Positions 1 through 6,099 of a stretch of 42,002 bases of DNA are shown in pieces. The translations under genes were made by a program, and so were the position numbers. Source of the DNA: a virus (lineage: Duplodnaviria; Caudoviricetes); IMG/VR virus record IMGVR_UViG_3300029171_000017, positions 1 through 42,002 of that record; one strand, 5' to 3'. The notes under the pieces are model-generated. The model saw nothing but the letters and a program-made list of their open reading frames with translations. It searched no databases and was not told where the DNA came from. Every line of letters begins with the position of its first letter. The stretch's first letter is position 1.

Positions 1-28
1 AGAGAGTGAGATGCACCCTCTCCTTTCC

Positions 29-889
29 CTACAAATACCCCCCAACGATCCCCCGAGACGGATCGCCATAAGTATCCACGACCTCATTCCGCTCTGCCCA
101 GTGATTGAGGAACGCCCGACAAGCATCCTCTGAGCCCATGACGTTGATTTTGCGTCGGCCGTCCGGGCCCGGGAGCCCGTCGCAAAGGACGGAAAGTCCA
201 GTGATAGCCTGAGCGTCAGGGAGTTCAGCAACTTTTCGACCACGCAAGTCACGCACGGTGACGGGGTCGGACGCACATCCCTCGCACACCGAGCGTGACC
301 AATCGTGCTCGTATGTGTGCGGCATATCTTCGACGCCAAGCAAGCATGTCACGGGCGCCGCACTGATTGTTTTTACCGCCGCTTCGATGTCGGCGGCTAC
401 GTCGGCTTCTGGCCGCCGCTGAAAGGCAGCGCGGGAACGGATCCGCCACGCCTTGAGTTCGGCGGGATCGACACCAGGGCATTTGCCCGCATAAGCGGCG
501 CCAAGGCAGTGGTCGGCAGCGGCGATAATACACTGTTCGAGGGTTGGTGGGATCACCAACAACGACAAAACCTGTCCAAGAGAGGAAGCGTCAATGTATT
601 CGGCGGGCGGGCGACCGAATCCCGGATCGCCATCATTATGGTGATCGACAACAATGTGTCGACCATATCCCGGCGCCTTGCACTCCACCCAGACCAGTGT
701 ACCGCCACCAAATGGGCGAACGAAATCACCATCGCGATCAATGATAGAGTCCGCCTTGCACGCGTTGCCCGGGTGGCAGCGCTTGCCCCCAACCGCAGCA
801 AAAGCGTACGGTTGTTCGGCGGCGGACAGGACCGCTTCGATGGCAGACATTTCGGGGTCTGATGCCCCGAGAATAAAAAGGTAGTGCAT
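29..889 (-). CDS. NrN-like DHH-family phosphodiesterase (resembles the type III CRISPR-associated SAM-AMP-degrading NrN)
   Basis: Start moved to ATG 889 (SD AGGAGG upstream; the longer track ORF runs through a terminator). Motifs LFILGASDPEM, WVEC, VVDHHN, SSLGQVLSLL, IIAAAD and C-terminal YGDPSRGIVG occur in the same order as I recall for Bacteroides NrN (LFLLGGHDLEM, GVEL, IDHHN, SALEQVASIL, LVAAND, WGGGINGFIG). Confidence 0.72.
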   Translation of the reverse strand: MHYLFILGASDPEMSAIEAVLSAAEQPYAFAAVGGKRCHPGNACKADSIIDRDGDFVRPFGGGTLVWVECKAPGYGRHIVVDHHNDGDPGFGRPPAEYIDASSLGQVLSLLVIPPTLEQCIIAAADHCLGAAYAGKCPGVDPAELKAWRIRSRAAFQRRPEADVAADIEAAVKTISAAPVTCLLGVEDMPHTYEHDWSRSVCEGCASDPVTVRDLRGRKVAELPDAQAITGLSVLCDGLPGPDGRRKINVMGSEDACRAFLNHWAERNEVVDTYGDPSRGIVGGYL

Positions 890-903
890 AAGTCTGCCTC
901 CTG

Positions 904-942
904 AAAACAAAAGACCACGTGATATCGAATCACGTGGTCTTT
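904..942 (-). terminator. Intrinsic terminator/attenuator between the Csx16-like and NrN-like genes
   Basis: Perfect 14-bp inverted repeat AAAGACCACGTGAT (910-923) / ATCACGTGGTCTTT (929-942); on the minus strand it is followed by a T-rich tract and then the AGGAGG SD. Confidence 0.65.
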
Positions 943-947
943 GAAAA

Positions 948-1250
948 TTATTCGCGAAAGCGCGCCAGCGCCGCACGGACGACCACAAATTCTTCCAACC
1001 CGACGACATGGTCATCAAGCTGGTCAAGGGTGTACGGAGTCGCCGGATGCGGCTCCGCCGCCAAGGTTACGTACGTGACCTTTTCCGCCTGCGCCGCCAG
1101 AGCAAAGTCTGGCAGCGTGGTGAAAATGTGCCTGCCTTGCACGTCGACAAACGACGCACGGGTCACCACGGGGGTACCTTGGGGGACCAGCCCCCGTTGG
1201 ATAAGATACTCCCCCAAGAAGGGGTGTTGGGAAATCACGATATACTTCAT
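948..1250 (-). CDS. Csx16-like (Cas_VVA1548 family) putative ring nuclease
   Basis: Start ATG 1250 (SD AGGAG, ATGA overlap with the upstream stop), 100 aa. IVISQHP..EYL..RG / VQGRHIFTTLP.ALAA / YTLDQL / LEEFVV follows the Csx16 pattern (VSRHP..W...G / GD.VIGTLP.HLAA / ELS.EEL / LEEY.V), with divergent core residues. Confidence 0.6.
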   Translation of the reverse strand: MKYIVISQHPFLGEYLIQRGLVPQGTPVVTRASFVDVQGRHIFTTLPDFALAAQAEKVTYVTLAAEPHPATPYTLDQLDDHVVGLEEFVVVRAALARFRE

Positions 1251-1567
1251 TGCTTTTCTCCTGTTAGGCGCGGTTTTGCGTGCGCCCAAATCTCGCAATC
1301 GCTATTTTGATGACATCCATTTTTCGACGCTAACCGAACAAATTCTGTTAGCGTCTGCCAGCAACCGCAGACCACCGGAATCCCGGTGGTAGTGCGCGTG
1401 AACAATTCCCACCGATAGACGTCAAATCGCCAATCGGTTCGATATCGTCCAGTTACCGGGACTATATCTTCTGGCTGAATGTTCCACTCCGGGAAGTTCG
1501 CCTGAAGAATTTTGGCCGCCCGTATTCGCAAGCGGCCAACGTGATGCGATCTGTTTCGCCTCATCAT
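1247..1567 (-). CDS. Hypothetical protein
   Basis: 106-aa ORF whose stop overlaps the next start codon; no recognisable family. Confidence 0.6.
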   Translation of the reverse strand: MMRRNRSHHVGRLRIRAAKILQANFPEWNIQPEDIVPVTGRYRTDWRFDVYRWELFTRTTTGIPVVCGCWQTLTEFVRLASKNGCHQNSDCEIWAHAKPRLTGEKQ

Positions 1568-1638
1568 AGTATTTTCACCAAAGCCCCTTGCGGATCATTG
1601 ATCGGCCCCATCCACGAACCTGTAGGGATTAGCATGCC

Positions 1639-1866
1639 CTACGCCGAGGGTGGGGGTGTGGTGTTGAATTGATATTTGCGAGTGTAGCAACACCCGCACG
1701 GACGACGCTCCCATTTGTATGGAAACGTCGACAATGCCTTGTGTACTAGCCGCCGCACCTCTTGATGCGGCCCCCCGTACACCCGATTTCCCTCGATTTC
1801 GAGGGAGGGGAACATCTCCAAAATTTTCTTTTGGAGGTGCTTATTCGTGACTCGGACGGATCCCAT
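1639..1866 (-). CDS. Hypothetical protein
   Basis: 75-aa ORF directly downstream of a repeat-borne SD (AAAAGGAGAGA). Confidence 0.65.
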   Translation of the reverse strand: MGSVRVTNKHLQKKILEMFPSLEIEGNRVYGGPHQEVRRLVHKALSTFPYKWERRPCGCCYTRKYQFNTTPPPSA

Positions 1867-1870
1867 TATT

Positions 1871-1924
1871 TCTCTCCTTTTAATAAACAGATCGAAATTG
1901 ACCTGTCATTATTCTTATGCCACA
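1871..1924 (-). repeat. 54-bp direct repeat, copy 1 (promoter+RBS cassette)
   Basis: Identical to 2390-2443; minus strand reads TGTGGCATAAGAATAATGACAGGTCAATTTCGATCTGTTTATTAAAAGGAGAGA, just before ATG 1866. Confidence 0.95.
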
Positions 1925-1966
1925 TTTGTTCTTCAGTATTGAATATTACAAACTAAAATTTAAGTC

Positions 1967-2012
1967 AAAAAAGAAAGGACAGAGACTTCAGAATTATCCA
2001 AAGTCTCTATCC
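1967..2012 (-). terminator. Intrinsic terminator after ORF 2020-2385
   Basis: Stem GGATAGAGACTT / AAGTCTCTGTCC followed by TTTCTTTTTT on the minus strand. Confidence 0.8.
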
Positions 2013-2019
2013 CCAATTT

Positions 2020-2385
2020 TTACTCGATCGAGAAACGGGTAGCCATCTCTTCCTGCGCCATTTTCTTCATTGACTTCAGTGACGCACACATTTTCTCCAT
2101 GAAGGTCTCGAACTGGGCGTCTGTCGACGCCAGCAACAGCTGGGCTGTTGCCTCGTTTTGACGCTCGGTGTTCTCTACCACTACACGAATGTACGCGGCC
2201 TCAGCCGAAGACAGCCCCTCTTCATCCGGGGGACTCCCCGGCATGGTACGGAGTATCTCCACCATGTACTCTTTGCCGAGGGATTTTACGAGATGCACGG
2301 CTTCCCGGCACTGTGACTCCATCGGAGCCAGCACTGCCAAAAGAAACTGGAGCATAGCTTTTTCTTGTGCTTGTGACATATTCAT
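2020..2385 (-). CDS. Hypothetical protein (helical)
   Basis: 121-aa ORF between repeat copy 2 (SD AGGAGAGAG) and a terminator. Confidence 0.75.
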   Translation of the reverse strand: MNMSQAQEKAMLQFLLAVLAPMESQCREAVHLVKSLGKEYMVEILRTMPGSPPDEEGLSSAEAAYIRVVVENTERQNEATAQLLLASTDAQFETFMEKMCASLKSMKKMAQEEMATRFSIE

Positions 2386-2389
2386 GATC

Positions 2390-2443
2390 TCTCTCCTTTT
2401 AATAAACAGATCGAAATTGACCTGTCATTATTCTTATGCCACA
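2390..2443 (-). repeat. 54-bp direct repeat, copy 2 (promoter+RBS cassette)
   Basis: Identical to 1871-1924; precedes ATG 2385. Confidence 0.95.
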
Positions 2444-2495
2444 ATTACCCCTTATTTTTGAAGGAATGAAGGACAAAAATTCTTGCTTCAAGTAG

Positions 2496-2837
2496 CTATT
2501 TTTCGCCACGTTCCAGCCGACAGACTAAGGCTGTTGCTTGTGTGTGTGCGGTAATAGCGTCGATCAACGGTCGGTTATTTTTAGGGTTAATTTTCCATGT
2601 TTTAGCCGCATCGACTATAAGACGGGCTTGACGATCTACAGCCTTTTTCGCCAACGCGATTGCGGCCCACCTTTTTATATCGTCTCGGGCCTGAGGAATC
2701 GGGGGCGCACAATACACACACCAATAAACTCCGTTTTCTAAAATCGTGGCGTTTTGTGAGCAGGGTTTCCATCGCTTTTTGGCAGTTGCGGCAGTGGCTC
2801 GTCCATTGCACGTAATTCTGATTTGCTCGGCATCCAT
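2496..2837 (-). CDS. Hypothetical protein with Cys motifs (possible Zn-binding)
   Basis: 113 aa, SD AAGGA, Cys residues in TCNG, KPCS and WCVYC. Confidence 0.6.
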   Translation of the reverse strand: MDAEQIRITCNGRATAATAKKRWKPCSQNATILENGVYWCVYCAPPIPQARDDIKRWAAIALAKKAVDRQARLIVDAAKTWKINPKNNRPLIDAITAHTQATALVCRLERGEK

Positions 2838-2846
2838 TCGGCGTCC

Positions 2847-3089
2847 TTAGTTCATGAGATTGCGGTGAAATGAGTCTGCATCAAAATTTGATTTATTCGG
2901 CGGTGCATTAATCGGGGGATTTTTGTATTCAATTAATGTCGTAACGTAGTGATGGTAATAATCCGAAAGATCGGTATCGACAGGTGGCGCACTGTTCGTG
3001 CGGATTTTGCCGTGAAGATAGTTCGCCAGGATAAATGGCCAAGCCAGTATGAATAGAGTTGCGCGGAGGACCCATTTGAAGATTTTCAC
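2847..3089 (-). CDS. Hypothetical protein with N-terminal hydrophobic segment
   Basis: 80 aa, GTG start with SD AAAGGA; WVLRATLFILAWPFILA is a likely membrane anchor. Confidence 0.55.
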   Translation of the reverse strand: MKIFKWVLRATLFILAWPFILANYLHGKIRTNSAPPVDTDLSDYYHHYVTTLIEYKNPPINAPPNKSNFDADSFHRNLMN

Positions 3090-3112
3090 CTATTTTTCCT
3101 TTGTTGTAGGTT

Positions 3113-3205
3113 AAAAAAGAACCGATCCCAGGCGAGGCAAGACAACGAACGGAGAGAGAGGAGAGGATGGGTGCCTGAGATCGGTAGTGTTTGTTTGAGT
3201 CAAAA
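3113..3205 (-). ncRNA. Candidate ~90-nt small RNA (or attenuating leader) with a pyrimidine-rich loop
   Basis: Downstream of promoter copy 3; 13-bp stem ACCGAUCUCAGGC/GCCUGGGAUCGGU (3173-3185 / 3121-3133, one U-G pair) enclosing CCAUCCUCUCCUCUCUCUCC, then UCUUUUUU. The 5' end is approximate. Confidence 0.45.
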
Positions 3206-3235
3206 TTTATCTGACATTATTATTATGACACAATT
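3200..3235 (-). promoter_or_regulatory. Third, diverged copy of the putative phage early promoter
   Basis: 30/36 identity to 2411-2446; minus strand AATTGTGTCATAATAATAATGTCAGATAAATTTTGA. Confidence 0.65.
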
Positions 3236-3278
3236 CATCGACTCATTTGCGCCGACTATCAAAATTAGAAGTTGGAAA

Positions 3279-3351
3279 TAGGGAAGGTAGGATTTGAACC
3301 TACAACCAGGCAGAATATGAGTCTGCTGCTCTACCATTGAGCTACTCCCCC
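3279..3351 (-). tRNA. tRNA with CAT anticodon (elongator Met or Ile2)
   Basis: Cloverleaf: acceptor GGGGGAG/CTTCCCT, D arm GCTC-AATGGTA-GAGC, anticodon arm GCAGA-CTCATAT-TCTGC, T arm GTAGG-TTCAAAT-CCTAC, discriminator A. No CCA directly after it; lacks the three G-C pairs of initiator tRNA. Confidence 0.9.
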
Positions 3352-3608
3352 GAAATAGTTATTTTTCGTAGTTGGGTTTCAAATCCGTGTTCTCGCAGCG
3401 CAGTACGATAATCGTCGGCAGCGGTTTTTGACGCAAATTCTCTCGGAAAGAAATATTGCCCATCTAATCGCGCCGTTACTTTCCAATAAATCTCGACGGG
3501 CGGGTCGCACCCAAGGTCTGCCATTTTTTTCGGTACGATCTCTCCATTTTCAATGACAAAAACAATTAGCCCGTTAACTTGATCGATAACGACATGCGAG
3601 ATGGTCAT
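3342..3608 (-). CDS. Hypothetical protein
   Basis: 88 aa, SD-like AGGGA; the stop codon lies inside the 5' end of the tRNA. Confidence 0.6.
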   Translation of the reverse strand: MTISHVVIDQVNGLIVFVIENGEIVPKKMADLGCDPPVEIYWKVTARLDGQYFFPREFASKTAADDYRTALREHGFETQLRKITISGE

Positions 3609-3633
3609 GCAAGGTCCCTGAACGGGAATTTTG

Positions 3634-3667
3634 AGTAATATTATCGAGAATCTTGATTTTATAGCAA
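3634..3667 (-). promoter_or_regulatory. Possible sigma70-type promoter for ORF 3342-3608 and the tRNA
   Basis: Minus strand TTGCTA-N16-GATAAT, directly after the terminator of the upstream structured RNA. Confidence 0.3.
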
Positions 3668-3668
3668 G

Positions 3669-3706
3669 AAAAAAGAAAGGGATGGGACTGCGGCGCGTCC
3701 CATCCC
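3669..3706 (-). terminator. Intrinsic terminator
   Basis: Perfect 10-bp stem GGGATGGGAC/GTCCCATCCC followed by TTTCTTTTTT on the minus strand. Confidence 0.85.
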
Positions 3707-3930
3707 TCGGTGCCGGATTTGGCTTGGTTGCCGCACGCGGCTCACGGCGCCGCTGTCACCCAGCCTTAGCCAGGTGAGTCGCACCCTCCGAGATACTAAT
3801 CTCGTTAACCCCGTTAGCCACCAACACGCGAACGAGCGGTGGCATCCGGCGATTTTAGGCTCAGAGCTGCGTAACCTGTTCTCTAACGAGAATACCCACA
3901 GACTTGTAGCGGCGATCGGCGCCGCAATTA
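3669..3930 (-). ncRNA. Candidate ~260-nt highly structured ncRNA ending in an intrinsic terminator
   Basis: GC-rich, no convincing ORF. Closing helix GCCGGAU/AUCCGGC (3844-3850 / 3712-3718) encloses four hairpins; two more hairpins lie 5' of it; a terminator follows. Confidence 0.55.
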
Positions 3931-4258
3931 AGTTTACTAGGCTGATTTTCTATAATCTTTTCTTGTGAAAGACATGATGCAGCCATCATCGGCATCATCG
4001 TCCGCGTTGAAGATTGTGTCTACAGCGCGATTTTTTATCTCACACAAAACCGAGATTACGAAATCCGCAGCCAACTTAACCAAGTCACTTTGTTGCACAA
4101 GGCTCTCCACAAAATATCTGTGGGAAGGCTGGGCGGTGTATAAAAATATATCAGTTGTTCGGCGCAGAAGTCTTACTTAGACTTCGTCGAGGTAGGCTAT
4201 TAAATAGCACTACACTATTATTGTGCCGCATAAAAGGCATATTTTTGGAGCTACCCTC

Positions 4259-4555
4259 GTGCATAATTTTGTGACTAGTTTTTTCAACGAATTAGAGAAA
4301 ATCGCAGCCCCCCAAAACAACGGCGGAGGCATGGTAGCCACTTCTCCAGTACAGCTGGAGAATCAGGAGTTGACGGAGCAGATCAATAATATCCAGCTAA
4401 AGCTCCAACTGCGTCAAATGATGCAGGCCGCCTCAGCGATGCAGGCCGCAGACCAGCAGGCACCCCAAGCGCCTCCGCAGCCGCAGATGCCGCGCCAGCG
4501 TTCACAAGGAATGCCGGTGGATCCGACCGAGATGAGCGGAGAAGAGAATGTTTAA
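4259..4555 (+). CDS. Small Gln/Pro-rich protein with FFNELEKIA motif (putative head-associated)
   Basis: Likely GTG start at 4259 after GGAG; FFxELEKIA is shared with ORF 34788-35012. Confidence 0.7.
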   Translation: MHNFVTSFFNELEKIAAPQNNGGGMVATSPVQLENQELTEQINNIQLKLQLRQMMQAASAMQAADQQAPQAPPQPQMPRQRSQGMPVDPTEMSGEENV

Positions 4556-5528
4556 ATTAGCAGGTCGTATTATCGATCAATACAGCGATCCACAGTTTGG
4601 TCCGGATGCTTTATTATCTGAGGTCGGCGTCCCAACAGCCGAAGAGGTAGCGGCTTTACCGGACTCGGCGTTTGCCCTCGTGGTTAAGACTGCATCCGGA
4701 AAGCATCGATTTTTTCCTATGCACACCGTTAAAACGGCTAAAGTGTCCGCCGCCTATTTTAATGAGTACGGCTATCAGCTTCCTACAGAGTGGCGAGAGA
4801 AAACTGCTGAAGCACTTAAAACCGCTAAGCAGGTCGTGACGTTGCCGGACGAAACGCCTGGTGTTCCTGTTGTGTCGCAAGAGCAGTTTACGAAAATCGC
4901 TCACGAAGCCTACTTGCAGCTATTCGACCGAATGACACCTGGTGAGCGAGTTAAGGCCGCAGTTGAGCTAACCGATCTCAACATTACTGATGAGCGCGTC
5001 ACAGACTATCAACCAGCCGTGACTTATGGTGGGTTATTTAAACAAGGGATGATCGAGCGTAAGGCTATTTTGGCTGATTCTGTTGAAAAATCAAACGTAT
5101 TGGCTCATTTGCAAATTAAGTTGGCGAAACTTGACGCTCTCCACGGAGCTTTATTGCTGGACGAGTTCGATCAGTATGCGAAAGTGGCTGGACGAACGAT
5201 GGATGCGTTTAAGACTTGCTGGGGAAAACAGACTACACCTGCACACAAACCAGATCGATTGTTAGAAGAGCAGGTACTTATTAATTCATTGAAAGACAAA
5301 TCAGAGTACATATTTGATGATCTAACCTATGAGGCGGCGAAGATCCTAATCAAAGATCCGTGGGCGTATTATCAACAAGCATCTCCAGCAGTCCGAAAAT
5401 ACATGTTAGAAATAGCTCGTAAAGAGATTAATCAATCTCCGAAACCTGTTTGGCAGAAAAAAGACCCGCCGGGAGGACCGAGGACCGCAAAAGCTCGAAA
5501 AGCTACACCGGGTCGGGTTCCGAAATGA
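4548..5528 (+). CDS. Hypothetical virion/head protein rich in K-x-A motifs
   Basis: 326 aa, SD GGAG; KLAG, KTAS, KTAK, KTAE, KIAH, KVAG; VAALPDSAFA...RFFPMH segment typical of phage head-associated proteins. Confidence 0.75.
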   Translation: MFKLAGRIIDQYSDPQFGPDALLSEVGVPTAEEVAALPDSAFALVVKTASGKHRFFPMHTVKTAKVSAAYFNEYGYQLPTEWREKTAEALKTAKQVVTLPDETPGVPVVSQEQFTKIAHEAYLQLFDRMTPGERVKAAVELTDLNITDERVTDYQPAVTYGGLFKQGMIERKAILADSVEKSNVLAHLQIKLAKLDALHGALLLDEFDQYAKVAGRTMDAFKTCWGKQTTPAHKPDRLLEEQVLINSLKDKSEYIFDDLTYEAAKILIKDPWAYYQQASPAVRKYMLEIARKEINQSPKPVWQKKDPPGGPRTAKARKATPGRVPK

Positions 5529-6067
5529 CTCCCGTCGAGATCCTTTCTGAAGTTACTCGCTTCTTTCCGAAGGACTGGGCTCGCTTAGAGCCTGAGTTAT
5601 TTCGTGAAAAGTTCGGTAAAGACTGGACTATGTTCATGGCGATCAAGACAGTCAAAAGTCAGACGGATCTTGTTCTGTCTGACTTGGGCATCTTTGAAAA
5701 CGTAGTGATCGCTCTGTCGGGAATTGAACCTATAATTGGTCAGACACAAATTTGTCAGCCGGGGGAGATTTTATGGGCGACCTCTTTAATTGAGTTAATC
5801 ACTAAAAAAACCCCTAAAGATTATGGTCACGAAGTTCGTACCTACATTCAGGCGTGCTTTTCGGAACACGGGGTGTACGCCTATCCCGAGGAGCTAAAAA
5901 ATTTCGAGCCGGAGGACGATAAGGCCACGAAAGATCGTATCAGATCGCAGCTACAATTCGGCACTAAAGACATCGACTCGGATGATCTGATTAAAGTGCA
6001 GACGGCAAAATTAGGAAACGTTTACGCCCAGGCGGAGAGCATTGCATCTAGACTGAAGATGTTGTAG
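5525..6067 (+). CDS. Hypothetical protein upstream of portal
   Basis: ATG 5525 overlaps the upstream stop (ATGA); 180 aa. Confidence 0.75.
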   Translation: MTPVEILSEVTRFFPKDWARLEPELFREKFGKDWTMFMAIKTVKSQTDLVLSDLGIFENVVIALSGIEPIIGQTQICQPGEILWATSLIELITKKTPKDYGHEVRTYIQACFSEHGVYAYPEELKNFEPEDDKATKDRIRSQLQFGTKDIDSDDLIKVQTAKLGNVYAQAESIASRLKML

Positions 6068-6099
6068 TATCGACCCGCTTTAATTTCGGAGATTCTCCC

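Noticed and set aside
890-1027. N-terminal extension of the 332-aa track ORF
   Set aside because: Overlaps the Csx16-like gene and crosses a terminator; SD and the family-like start point to ATG 889.
948-1250. AcrIII-1 (DUF1874) assignment
   Set aside because: Lacks the Y(L/I).NAFS..M, S.IGH..T and NR motifs of AcrIII-1; the pattern fits Csx16 better.
305-1392. Plus-strand ORFs 305-862, 919-1392 and 1008-1310
   Set aside because: Antisense shadows of GC-rich minus-strand genes that have SDs and recognisable motifs.
1564-1635. 23-aa minus-strand mini-ORF bridging two genes with an ATGA overlap
   Set aside because: Too short, with no clear SD; may exist for translational coupling but cannot be supported.
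3669-3930. RNase P RNA, tmRNA or group II intron identity for the structured RNA
   Set aside because: No GAGGAAAGUCC or matching 3' P4 strand, no tRNA-like ends or tag ORF, and GAGCCGCGUGCG does not complete a domain V hairpin.
3774-4180. Plus-strand ORFs 3774-3968 and 3965-4180
   Set aside because: GTG starts without a clear SD, no recognisable protein features, and overlap with the structured RNA and control region.
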